The notes under the pieces are model-generated. The model was not told where the DNA came from. It ran no database searches and worked only from the letters and a program-made list of their open reading frames with translations. Shown one piece after another: positions 1-7,825 of a stretch of 21,962 nt of DNA; position 1 is the stretch's first letter, and the number at the start of each line of letters is the position of its first letter. A program made the translations under genes and the position numbers. Origin of the DNA: Dubosiella newyorkensis (GTDB taxonomy: Bacteria > Bacillota_I > Bacilli_A > Erysipelotrichales > Erysipelotrichaceae); NCBI RefSeq assembly GCF_001945605.1, contig NZ_MPKA01000093.1, positions 1 through 21,962 of the forward strand. The letters run 5' to 3'.

Positions 1-528
1 TTTTTCCATCGCTTCTTGAATATCGTGCGGCGGAATGATGTTTTTGACTTCGACACGGCTGACCTTGATTCCCCAAGGATCGGTCGCCTCATCTAAGATC
101 GAGCGCATCTTTGTGTTGATGATATCGCGGGAAGTCAGCGTTTCATCGAGTTCAAGGTCGCCAATAATGTTTCTTAGCGTTGTCGCTGTCAAATTTTCGA
201 TCGCGTTGATCGGATTAACGACACCATAGGTATACAGCTTAGGATCTGTGATCTGGAAGTAAACGACCGTATCGATCATCATCGTCACATTATCCTTCGT
301 AATCACTGGTTGCGGCTCAAAATCTTTAACAACTTCCTTCAAGGTCACTTTATTCGCGATTCTATCAAGAAATGGAACGAGAAAATGGATCCCTGTATGC
401 CATGTTGCATAGTAGGCGCCTAAACGTTCTACGACATAAGCGTTAGCTTGAGGAACGATGCGAATAACGCTCATCAAGATTCCAATCACCAAAACAATAA
501 ACAAAACAATCACAATCAGTTTAATCAT
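1..528 (-). CDS. SPFH/band-7 (stomatin/prohibitin-like) membrane protein, C-terminus cut by window edge
   Basis: Absent from the ORF track because no stop lies in the window. Minus-strand ATG at 528-526 with GGAGAG just upstream, open through position 1 (176 codons). Translation: MIKLIVIVLFIVLVIGILMSVIRIVPQANAYVVERLGAYYATWHTGIHFLVPFLDRIANKV...VYFQITDPKLYTYGV...LRNIIGDLELDETLTSRD...WGIKVSRVEVKNIIPP, i.e. an N-terminal TM anchor plus a typical SPFH core. Confidence 0.85.
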   Translation of the reverse strand, partial: MIKLIVIVLFIVLVIGILMSVIRIVPQANAYVVERLGAYYATWHTGIHFLVPFLDRIANKVTLKEVVKDFEPQPVITKDNVTMMIDTVVYFQITDPKLYTYGVVNPINAIENLTATTLRNIIGDLELDETLTSRDIINTKMRSILDEATDPWGIKVSRVEVKNIIPPHDIQEAMEK

Positions 529-538
529 ATTCTCTCCT

Positions 539-982
539 TTATTTATGAAGCGGCTCGACGACGAGTTTCGCCCCTTCGATCGAACATACTTTGACTTTGC
601 TTCCTTTTTTGATCGGTTCATTCGAGCAAGAGGTCGCCGACCAGTATGTCGATAAAATATAAACTTCTCCCCAGTGTCCGTCCTCGATCGATTTAGTCAG
701 TGTCCCGACTTGTCCGATCATCCTATCCGCGTTGGTCGGAACGATGTTTCCTCGCAAATACCGGGAAGCGATCGGTCGAACGACCAACATCGATACGATC
801 GATACGATAAAAAATCCGACGATCTGGATCTCGAAGGAAGTTTTGCACAAGGCAAGCAGCGCTCCGATCAAAGCACCGACGCAAAACCAAATACTCACTA
901 AAGCGCTTGGAGTCAGTATTTCAAGCACCAAAGCAACAAGCGCTATGCCTAGCCAGATCCATACAGCATTCATTCCGAACAT
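539..982 (-). CDS. NfeD-family membrane protein (partner of SPFH proteins)
   Basis: Track ORF 539..991 starts at a GTG that lies inside the RBS GAGGTG (994-989). The ATG at 982 sits 6 nt after that RBS (MFGMNAVWIWLG...). It has three hydrophobic helices and a C-terminal soluble OB-like tail (GQVGTLTKSIEDGHWGEVYI...GSKVKVCSIEGAKLVVEP) typical of NfeD. The stop is 10 nt before the SPFH start. Confidence 0.85.
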   Translation of the reverse strand: MFGMNAVWIWLGIALVALVLEILTPSALVSIWFCVGALIGALLALCKTSFEIQIVGFFIVSIVSMLVVRPIASRYLRGNIVPTNADRMIGQVGTLTKSIEDGHWGEVYILSTYWSATSCSNEPIKKGSKVKVCSIEGAKLVVEPLHK

Positions 983-992
983 TTCAATCACC

Positions 993-1361
993 TCATATCT
1001 CGTTCGTGCAGTCGATCTCTAACAAGTTGTTTTCTTCATCAAATGTAGCGGGATATTTTCGTGTGTCCACATCGACATGCAAAGTCGTATAGATTTGATG
1101 CATGATCGCTTTATTGCTGATGCGACCATACCCTTTCCCGATCGAGATCTTTTGCAGCTGCTCTTTTGGGATACAATTCCTCTCGATCACGCTCTTTTCA
1201 ACAGGCATGATCGCGACTTTCTTTTTTTGAGGATCGATCCCGATCCGCACATAACGAACATTGGAAAAATGAGAGGCCGCCGTACTGTTGAGCGTAATGT
1301 TGGTCGGATAAAACGTAACTTGATTCATATAGGAATTCCCGTTGATCCATTGATACATCAT
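993..1361 (-). CDS. hypothetical 122-aa soluble protein, first gene of the NfeD-SPFH operon
   Basis: ORF track, with GGGGGA RBS directly upstream of tandem ATGs. Its stop (995-993) overlaps the NfeD RBS, so the two are translationally coupled. I recognise no family; the patterns YVRIGIDPQKKKVAIMPV and GKGYGRISNKAI are faintly AbrB/MraZ-like (weak impression only). Confidence 0.6.
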   Translation of the reverse strand: MMYQWINGNSYMNQVTFYPTNITLNSTAASHFSNVRYVRIGIDPQKKKVAIMPVEKSVIERNCIPKEQLQKISIGKGYGRISNKAIMHQIYTTLHVDVDTRKYPATFDEENNLLEIDCTNEI

Positions 1362-1381
1362 ATCCCCCTTTCGTTGTTTCT

Positions 1382-1410
1382 ATTTTATTATTTTTCTTAT
1401 TTTTTTGCAA
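1382..1410 (-). promoter_or_regulatory. candidate sigma-A promoter for the 122aa-NfeD-SPFH operon
   Basis: Minus strand: TTGCAA (1410-1405), 17-nt spacer, TAAAAT (1387-1382). It lies about 20 nt upstream of the RBS and ATG at 1361. Confidence 0.45.
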
Positions 1411-1420
1411 TAAGTTCGAA

Positions 1421-1442
1421 AAGAAAAAAGACTTGCGTCTTT
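1421..1442 (-). terminator. rho-independent terminator after the GntR gene
   Basis: Minus strand AAAGAC-GCAA-GTCTTT followed by TTTCTTTT. The hairpin begins at the GntR stop codon (1443-1441). Confidence 0.5.
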
Positions 1443-2172
1443 ATTCTGTGAGTTCGACCGAAAAAGAATAGATATCTCCACGATAATGCGCGATCGTATA
1501 TTCGATCAATTCATTTTCTCGATTATACCCATATCGAGTGCGGATCAACGTCGCATCGCCTTTCGCCACGCACAATTTTTTTGCGATATCTTCATCTGCG
1601 TTGCGCGCTTTAAAATTCTCGATCGCGCGGACAGGCTGCATGATCCCTTTTTCATTCAATACAGTATATACGGAATTTTTATAAAGCGTATCGTCGATCG
1701 GAAGATCTAAATAAGTTGGAAAATAGTTTTCAAAATAAACGATCGGCTTTCCGTTTCCTGTCCGGACCCGCTTTAGGCAAAACGCTTTTTCATCGGGTTC
1801 AAGATCAAATGCGATCTGTACCTCTTTTGGTGGGATGACAAGCCCGACTTCTAAAAAGGAAGTGCCCGCTTTCATATTGAAATGCTTCATTTCATCGGTG
1901 AAAGAGCGGATCCGATTGAATTGTTCAGGTAAGTTATGATTGTAGATCACATGCGTTCCTTTTCCACGGGAGCGAATGACATAGCCTTCCTTTTCAAGGT
2001 CTGAAATAGCGCGGCGCACCGTGATACGTGAAATATTGTGTTGACGTTCGAATTCGCTTTCAGAAGGGATCTGATCGCCATAGGCATAAGTCCCGTCTAA
2101 AATTCTATTCTTGATGATCGTCTTTAACTGGACATAGAGAGGCAAAGCCTCCTTGCTGAAATCTAGAGACAT
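1441..2172 (-). CDS. GntR-family transcriptional regulator, HutC subfamily (winged HTH + UTRA effector domain)
   Basis: 243-aa ORF with GAAGG RBS 5 nt upstream. N-terminus PLYVQLKTIIKNRILDGTYAYGDQIPSESEFERQHNISRITVRRAISDLEKEGYVIRSRGKGTHV is a canonical GntR HTH. The C-terminal ~150 aa look like UTRA (…YFENYFP…IEYTIAHYRGD…). Confidence 0.9.
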   Translation of the reverse strand: MSLDFSKEALPLYVQLKTIIKNRILDGTYAYGDQIPSESEFERQHNISRITVRRAISDLEKEGYVIRSRGKGTHVIYNHNLPEQFNRIRSFTDEMKHFNMKAGTSFLEVGLVIPPKEVQIAFDLEPDEKAFCLKRVRTGNGKPIVYFENYFPTYLDLPIDDTLYKNSVYTVLNEKGIMQPVRAIENFKARNADEDIAKKLCVAKGDATLIRTRYGYNRENELIEYTIAHYRGDIYSFSVELTE

Positions 2173-2186
2173 AAAAACCTTCTTTC

Positions 2187-2214
2187 ATTATATCATTATA
2201 CAATTGATTGCTAA
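2187..2214 (-). promoter_or_regulatory. candidate promoter of the GntR gene
   Basis: Minus strand TTAGCA (2214-2209), 16-nt spacer, TATAAT (2192-2187). A second TATAAT lies at 2200-2195. The RBS and ATG follow within about 15 nt. Confidence 0.45.
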
Positions 2215-2257
2215 AAAAATAAAGAAGCAGGTGGGAAGTCTGCTTCTTTATTTTGGG
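2212..2257. terminator. bidirectional rho-independent terminator with no obvious upstream gene
   Basis: TAAAGAAGCAG (2220-2230), 9-nt loop, CTGCTTCTTTA (2240-2250). It is flanked by an A7 run on the left and TTTATTTT on the right, so it has a U-tail on either strand. Confidence 0.6.
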
Positions 2258-2969
2258 TTAATGATTTTACAATTAAGTGAATTTTTAGAGGAATATTTCA
2301 ATAAAATGTTTACTTTTTATCATCCATTGGGAATTCTACATATACGCTCACAATACGTGCTGCTAGGGAATATTATGATGTTATCGTATGCGACGTGTAT
2401 TCGTAGTTTAGATGATCTCTGCTTTTTGACCGTTTTTAATTAGGAAGAAATATAGAGAGTTTCGCATCAAAAGGCAGGTATAAAGCCATTCCAGTCGGAT
2501 TATCTTAATCAAAACTATTATGAGGGACTGGCTTGACCTTTGGAGGCTTCATTCCATAGTCATTGTGATCATGTGGGTTCACTTTGTTCCTATTCAGTAC
2601 GTAGTCCTCCTTTTCCAGCAAAGAGAGATCGATCGGTTGCTGCTAAGTGATCTTTATCTTTCTTCACACTTGTATAATAAACCAATCCCAGAAAGATGTC
2701 TAGTATTTACTTGAGTAAAATTTCATTTTTTATCCTATTTTTTTAATTATTTTTAATATACTTGCACTTTACCGGAGGTAAGTTTGAGTTTTTATACTTG
2801 TATTTAAATATTCGTGCTTTTATTTAATTTTCATAGACAGATTCCTTCAATATTTTTTACGATTTTCAAATCCTTTCTTTCTTTTATTATTTTTTCTTCG
2901 AAAAACAAAGAGTGAACTATCTTTTCCAAGAAAAACCCCATAGAATATAAGAAAGAAAAGAGGAATTTT

Positions 2970-3656
2970 ATGATAAATACAATAATTTTCGACATGGATG
3001 GTTTAATGATCGATAGCGAGAGAGTAACATACAATGGGTATGTCCATGAGTTTGAAAAGTATGGGATCCCTTTTTCTATGGAACGCTACAAGCTGTTTTT
3101 AGGAAAACAAGCTAAAGTGATCCGAGCCCAGATCAAAGAATGGTATGGAAACGTGTTGGACGAAAACGAAGTCGCCGACAACGTAAACCAATATATCCAA
3201 GATACTTTCGAAAACCAAGGCGTCCCTCTAAAACAAGGCTTAGTCTCCCTGCTTCAGTATTTGAAGAAAAATTCGTATACGATCGTTCTAGCCACGAGCT
3301 CTAGCCGAGAACGCGTCAATAAGATCCTCGCCCAAGCTGGACTTACCGACTATTTTACCGATTCGATTTGCGGCGATGAGATCAAGAACGGAAAACCGCA
3401 TCCTGATATCTTTTTGAAAGCTTGCGAAAAAGTCGGATCCAAGCCTGAAGAAGCTCTCGTTTTAGAAGATTCAGAAAGCGGGATCCTCGCTTCTTATCGA
3501 GCCAACATCCCTGTTTTATGTGTGCCAGATCTAAAATTCCCGGATCCAGAATTCGCTGAAAAAGCCACTAAGATCCTGACAAGTCTAGATGGGGTCCTTC
3601 CTTTTTTGCTTCAAACAAAGAAGAGTTCTTCCAATCTTTGCGAAAAAGGCGAATAA
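2970..3656 (+). CDS. HAD-IA family hydrolase (beta-phosphoglucomutase-like sugar phosphatase)
   Basis: GAGGA RBS 5 nt upstream. Motif I IIFDMDGLMIDSE, motif II VLATSS, motif III/IV KNGKPHPDIF...LVLEDSESGI. The last ~25 codons run antisense into the MATE gene. Confidence 0.85.
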   Translation: MINTIIFDMDGLMIDSERVTYNGYVHEFEKYGIPFSMERYKLFLGKQAKVIRAQIKEWYGNVLDENEVADNVNQYIQDTFENQGVPLKQGLVSLLQYLKKNSYTIVLATSSSRERVNKILAQAGLTDYFTDSICGDEIKNGKPHPDIFLKACEKVGSKPEEALVLEDSESGILASYRANIPVLCVPDLKFPDPEFAEKATKILTSLDGVLPFLLQTKKSSSNLCEKGE

Positions 3657-4917
3657 TAAACAACATTCCTCTAAACACAAGTTCGATCGCCATCGCGCTC
3701 CATACGCCTTGAAGCCCAAAACGCGAGGCAAGCAAAAAAGAAAGAACGATCCGCACGCCCCACATGCTGATCAAATTGTAAAGGCTAGGTACCAACGTAT
3801 CGCCAATGCCCCGCAAAGCGCCAGCGATCACGATGCTTGAAGCGAAAAACGGTTCCGCGAACGCTTCGATCCGCAGCACTTGAGCTCCTAGAGCTTGCAC
3901 TTCTGGATCGTTTGTGAGCATCCTAAAAATCAAAGGAGCTCCAATAAACATCAACACGCCCATAAAGCTCATAAACCCGATCCCTAGAAGCGTTGCGGTA
4001 TAAGCATATTGTTTGGCTTGCTCAGGCTGACGGGCTCCGATGCTTTGGCCCACCAGCGTCGTTGCCGCATTGCCGATGCCAAAGCCAGGCATATAGCAAA
4101 GACTTTCGGCGCTCACCGCAAGAGAATTGGCTGCGATCGAGACCGTTCCTAGTGGCGAAATGATTCGGATCAGCAAGATCTGAGCCAAGTTGACGACCGA
4201 CTTTTCCAAAGCGATAGGCAAACCGATACGAAGAGCCGTTTTCTGGATCTTCGCTCCCGATTCCTTTTCTTTATGGATCCCTTCAAAATGAAAATCGACG
4301 GCTTTGAACATCCATACGCTGATCAAGATTTCTGAGCAGGCGGTCCCTAAAGCCGCTCCGAGCACACCTAGGCGTAAAAAGAAGATAAAAAAGGCATTGA
4401 ACACGATATCCAAACCACATAAATAAATATTGAGCTTGCTTGGGGTCTTCATGTCGCCTGCACATTGCAAGATCATACTGGAAAGCTGTCTAGAATAGAC
4501 GAAGAGCAGCGAACAAGCAAAAACAAAAAAGTATTGACTAGCGCCTATACGCACGGGCGCATCTCCTTGCAGCAAAATAGGTAAAGGTCTTGAAAGAGCG
4601 ATCCCGCTTGCCACCATGAAGATCGAAAGCAAAAAGCTCGCTTTTCTTGCGGATGAGACGATCGTTCTAGCTTGTCCTTTTTGATCGGCGCCGATCTTTT
4701 GTGCGACTTGCACGGCAAAACCGGTCGCGCACGCCATACCGATCCCATTGATCAGCCATGTGCTGCTAGCGACAAGGCCGATCGATGCGCTAGCGACTTT
4801 TCCTAACGAGCCGACCATGCTCGCGTCGATATACTGCATCAAAGTGGAAGAAAGTTCGGCAAGAATCGCCGGAATACTCAAACGAATCACGTTTTTGACG
4901 GGTGTGGATAATAGCAT
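3568..4917 (-). CDS. MATE-family multidrug/toxin efflux transporter
   Basis: The track ORF starts at 4968, but the ATG at 4917 (MLLSTPVKNVIRLSIPAILAE...) is preceded by GAGGAGGG 5 nt upstream. A TGaTAAAAT extended -10 (4945-4937) lies downstream of the 4968 ATG. About 12 hydrophobic segments, typical MATE N-terminus. Confidence 0.85.
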   Translation of the reverse strand: MLLSTPVKNVIRLSIPAILAELSSTLMQYIDASMVGSLGKVASASIGLVASSTWLINGIGMACATGFAVQVAQKIGADQKGQARTIVSSARKASFLLSIFMVASGIALSRPLPILLQGDAPVRIGASQYFFVFACSLLFVYSRQLSSMILQCAGDMKTPSKLNIYLCGLDIVFNAFFIFFLRLGVLGAALGTACSEILISVWMFKAVDFHFEGIHKEKESGAKIQKTALRIGLPIALEKSVVNLAQILLIRIISPLGTVSIAANSLAVSAESLCYMPGFGIGNAATTLVGQSIGARQPEQAKQYAYTATLLGIGFMSFMGVLMFIGAPLIFRMLTNDPEVQALGAQVLRIEAFAEPFFASSIVIAGALRGIGDTLVPSLYNLISMWGVRIVLSFLLASRFGLQGVWSAMAIELVFRGMLFIIRLFRKDWKNSSLFEAKKEGPHLDLSGS

Positions 4918-4953
4918 AAATTCCCTCCTCGTGGGCATTTTATCATGAATGGA

Positions 4954-4981
4954 TTGAACATCTAACAATCTTCCGTATAAT
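4954..4981 (+). promoter_or_regulatory. candidate promoter of the plus-strand MATE gene
   Basis: TTGAAC (4954-4959), 16-nt spacer, TATAAT (4976-4981), then AGGAGGG RBS and the ATG at 5003. Confidence 0.5.
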
Positions 4982-5002
4982 TAAATGGATTAGGAGGGTG
5001 TA

Positions 5003-6382
5003 ATGATGGACATGAAGGAAAATAAGATGGGAGTCTGGCCTGTCAATAAGCTGCTCGTCACGATGTCGATCCCAATGATCATTTCGATGCTCGTACAGGC
5101 TTTATACAACGTGGTCGACTCGATGTTCGTTGCTCAGATCAGCGAAAACGCACTGACGGCCATCTCGCTCGCGTTCCCTTATCAAAACTTGATGATCGCG
5201 GTGGCAGTCGGCACGGGAGTCGGTGTCAACGCGCTTCTTTCTCGAGCGCTTGGCGAAAAGAATCATAAAGCGGTGAAAGATATCGCGGATCATTCGGTGT
5301 TTTTAGCGTTGATGTCTTGGCTTGTATTCGCGATCTTAGGGATCGTCTTTTGCCGGAATTTCTTCGCGATGCAAACCAATGTTCCCGAAATCGTAGAAGG
5401 AGGAACCGCTTATATGCGGATCTGTTCGGTAATTTCGATCGGACTTTTTATTCAGATCGCGTTCGAGAAACTTCTCGCATCGACAGGCAGGACGATCTTG
5501 ACGATGTATACACAAGCGGCTGGCGCTTTGATCAATATCGTTTTGGATCCGATCTTCATTTTTGGCTTGTTCGGGGCGCCTCGACTAGGGATCGCAGGCG
5601 CTGCTGTTGCGACTGTGATCGGTCAAATTTGTGGCGCTTTGCTTGGAATCTTGCTCAACCATAAATTCAACCCGGAGGTCCAGCTTTCTTTTCACGATTT
5701 CAAGCTCAAGATGCCTGTCATTCGACAAATCTATAGTATTGGTGTTCCGAGCATCTTGATGTCTTCGATTGGCTCGATCATGACTTTCGGCATGAATAAG
5801 ATCTTGATCGGCTTCTCGACAACAGCTGCGGCTGTCTTTGGCGTTTACTTCAAACTGCAAAGCTTTGTATTCATGCCTGTTTTTGGGCTCAACAATGGGA
5901 TGGTGCCGATCTTGGCCTACAATTTTGGCGCTCACAAGCCAAAAAGGATCATGGATACGATCAAGCTTTCCTTGTTTTACGCGTCTTTGATCATGGTCAT
6001 TGGATTTCTTATCTTCCAATGGATGCCAGCAACGCTGCTTGGGATCTTCAACGCTTCGGAAACGATGCTCAATATTGGAGTTCCGGCTTTGCGGATCATT
6101 TCGACGCACTTTTTGTTGGCGGGGATCTCGATCATTTGCTCGACTGTCCAGCAAGCGTTTGGTCATGGAGTCCGTTCTTTGCTGATTTCTTTGGTTCGTC
6201 AGCTTGTCGTCCTTCTGCCTGTGGCTTATTTTCTCTCTATCGCGCATTCTTTGGATATGGTTTGGCTCGCTTTCCCGATCGCGGAAACTGTCGCGCTCAT
6301 CATGGGTGTTGCTTACTTGATCCAGACCTATAAAAAAGAAATCAAGCCGATGGAGACAAGATCGAAAGAGAAAATCGCATGA
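5003..6382 (+). CDS. MATE-family efflux transporter (NorM/DinF-like)
   Basis: 459-aa ORF with AGGAGG RBS 5 nt upstream. Typical MATE N-terminus (PVNKLLVTMSIPMIISMLVQALYNVVDSMFVAQ) and 12 predicted TM segments. Confidence 0.9.
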   Translation: MMDMKENKMGVWPVNKLLVTMSIPMIISMLVQALYNVVDSMFVAQISENALTAISLAFPYQNLMIAVAVGTGVGVNALLSRALGEKNHKAVKDIADHSVFLALMSWLVFAILGIVFCRNFFAMQTNVPEIVEGGTAYMRICSVISIGLFIQIAFEKLLASTGRTILTMYTQAAGALINIVLDPIFIFGLFGAPRLGIAGAAVATVIGQICGALLGILLNHKFNPEVQLSFHDFKLKMPVIRQIYSIGVPSILMSSIGSIMTFGMNKILIGFSTTAAAVFGVYFKLQSFVFMPVFGLNNGMVPILAYNFGAHKPKRIMDTIKLSLFYASLIMVIGFLIFQWMPATLLGIFNASETMLNIGVPALRIISTHFLLAGISIICSTVQQAFGHGVRSLLISLVRQLVVLLPVAYFLSIAHSLDMVWLAFPIAETVALIMGVAYLIQTYKKEIKPMETRSKEKIA

Positions 6383-6528
6383 ATTATGTTTCAATGATCT
6401 TTTATTTTTTAGCTTCCGCGATGTTGATCACGTTCGCTTTTACCAATAAAAACATATTTTTGTTTGTAGGCGCAGGCGCGCTCGTGATCGCGGTATTGCT
6501 TGGCTCATTATTTAAAAAGAAACCATAA
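6379..6528 (+). CDS. 49-aa two-TM hydrophobic peptide, start overlaps the MATE stop (ATGA)
   Basis: Below the track size cut-off. ATG 6379-6381 overlaps the TGA at 6380-6382. Translation: MNYVSMIFYFLASAMLITFAFTNKNIFLFVGAGALVIAVLLGSLFKKKP. It ends immediately before the terminator hairpin. No independent RBS, so expression would need translational coupling. Confidence 0.45.
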   Translation: MNYVSMIFYFLASAMLITFAFTNKNIFLFVGAGALVIAVLLGSLFKKKP

Positions 6529-6565
6529 AAGGAGAATGCCGTTTCAAGCATTCTCCTTCTTTTTT
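6529..6565. terminator. bidirectional rho-independent terminator between the MATE/peptide and MerR genes
   Basis: AAGGAGAATGC (6529-6539), 8-nt loop, GCATTCTCCTT (6548-6558), then CTTTTTT. The left arm is preceded by an A-run that serves the minus strand. It overlaps the last MerR codons. Confidence 0.7.
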
Positions 6566-7368
6566 ACACCAATCGTGATCATAGTCATATACTCGTTTTC
6601 TGAAGCAATGCTCATTTCATTGAGCCCTTCTTCGTAGGCATATCCCGTTAGTTCATATCCGTTCGCTTCGGCGTATTGGATGATCTTTCGATACGTTTCT
6701 TTCAGATGGTTCCAATCACCTAGAGAGTAGGTTCGAAGATACGTTCCTTCTGGGCGGATCTCATCCCACTCTTCTTGCCGATCGTTTCCATACGCAAAAA
6801 AACGATCATAGTCCTGGAACTTGCCTTCTTTGATCTTATTGATTTCGATACGGCTTCCAAAGCTATCGAACAAACCAAAGATCGATTTAAGACGCATCGA
6901 AAAGGCGCCCGCCTTCTTGAAGTCGCTTTCTCCATAGGATCCTTGGATCGGCTCGCTCAATAAGATCTTTTGGGCCGGAACCCTCAATTCTTCGATCTCT
7001 CCAATCTTCGCATGAAGGCTCATATCGAGTATTTTGGACTTTTGTTCCAAGAAAGCCTGCGCTTCCTGCAATTCCTCGATCGATTTTTGGATCGTCTTCC
7101 TTTTTTCGAGAACGATTTCTGAAAATGATTTTTTGGACGGATTTTTTTGATATTCTATGATTTCCTCGATCGACAATCCTACTTTTCGAAGCGTCATGAT
7201 CAATTCGAGTTCCACAATTTGAAAACACGTGTAGTATCGGTAGCCATTTTCTTTTTTTATGGCTGGCGAAAATAAACCAATCTCATCGTAATAATGAAGT
7301 GTTCGTTTATTGATCCCATTGAGTTTGGCAAATTCTCCTGTTGTGAATTTATAGTTTTCATCTTTCAT
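6544..7368 (-). CDS. MerR-family transcriptional activator with C-terminal GyrI-like effector-binding domain (BmrR-type)
   Basis: N-terminus [28 protein letters not shown] is a MerR HTH. It is followed by a coiled-coil linker and a ~150-aa GyrI-like domain (…[40 protein letters not shown]…). AGGTGA RBS upstream. Confidence 0.9.
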   Translation of the reverse strand: MKDENYKFTTGEFAKLNGINKRTLHYYDEIGLFSPAIKKENGYRYYTCFQIVELELIMTLRKVGLSIEEIIEYQKNPSKKSFSEIVLEKRKTIQKSIEELQEAQAFLEQKSKILDMSLHAKIGEIEELRVPAQKILLSEPIQGSYGESDFKKAGAFSMRLKSIFGLFDSFGSRIEINKIKEGKFQDYDRFFAYGNDRQEEWDEIRPEGTYLRTYSLGDWNHLKETYRKIIQYAEANGYELTGYAYEEGLNEMSIASENEYMTMITIGVKKKENA

Positions 7369-7377
7369 AGTTTCACC

Positions 7378-7420
7378 TTGACTTTACAGTTACTGTATCC
7401 CTTATTGTTCTCCTTGGCAA
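7378..7420. promoter_or_regulatory. MerR-type operator: 13-bp perfect dyad shared by two overlapping divergent promoters
   Basis: Plus strand: TTGACT (7378-7383), 19-nt spacer, TATTGT (7403-7408). Minus strand: TTGCCA (7420-7415), 17-nt spacer, TACAGT (7397-7392). Dyad TACAGT-T-ACTGTA at 7385-7397 lies inside the 19-nt spacer and overlaps the minus-strand -10. Confidence 0.5.
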
Positions 7421-7440
7421 ATAGATTGGATAAATAAAAA

Positions 7441-7823
7441 ATGAAAACCAAAATAAATCCTCAAGATCAGTGGAGCGAGATCAAGAAGATCTATATCTCG
7501 CAATTTCTGAACAAGCTCGAGGCCATGGGGCTGGAAGTTGTCTGCTCGAGGCGATCCAGGAAAAGTACGCGAATCAAAAGATCGTATTGATGATTGAACA
7601 GCTGGATGAAAAGGCTGCACACTTCGCGCAGCGCATCGCGCGCAAAAAATTCTATCAAAGAAATGGATTTGTCTCATCCAACCTTTTAGCTAAGTTTCCA
7701 AGTGGTATGATGGAGATCATGCAGACTGGCTCTTCGATTTCGAAGCAGGAATGGATCGATCTTCAAAAATACGCGCTTGGCAAATTTTTCTATTTCATGT
7801 CGAGAATGAAAGTCGATTCATGA
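7441..7823 (+). pseudogene. GNAT-family N-acetyltransferase relic (internal deletion plus frame change)
   Basis: The ATG at 7441 gives MKTKINPQDQWSEIKKIYISQF, then stops after 49 codons. Another frame (track ORF 7470..7823, GTG start, no RBS) carries the GNAT motif-A region onward: LYLAISEQARGHGAGSCLLEAIQEKYANQKIVLMIEQ...RKKFYQRNGF. The beta2-beta4 region, roughly 50 aa, is missing. Confidence 0.5.
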
Positions 7824-7825
7824 TC

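Noticed and set aside
2440-2640. Possible riboswitch, group II intron domain or sRNA in the GC-richer core of the gap
   Set aside because: I could find local stems, but no diagnostic conserved motif of any RNA family I know. It is kept only as part of the non-coding-gap finding.
2153-3034. ORFs 2153..2443, 2520..2714 and 2831..3034 in the AT-rich gap
   Set aside because: They have no Shine-Dalgarno sequences and implausible composition (Ile/Leu/Phe/Tyr-rich from AT-rich DNA). The first overlaps the GntR start and the last overlaps the HAD start on the opposite strand.
5585-6394. 269-aa minus-strand ORF, and other long antisense ORFs inside the MATE, ABC, glgP, asnA and mutase genes (e.g. 5317..5664, 6887..7228, 9281..9595, 12387..12875, 17112..17519, 19727..20194)
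   Set aside because: They are entirely nested antisense or out of frame within well-supported genes. They have no RBS and Arg/Asp/His/Ser-rich low-complexity composition. They are best explained as shadow ORFs favoured by the GATC/CGATCG-rich sequence.
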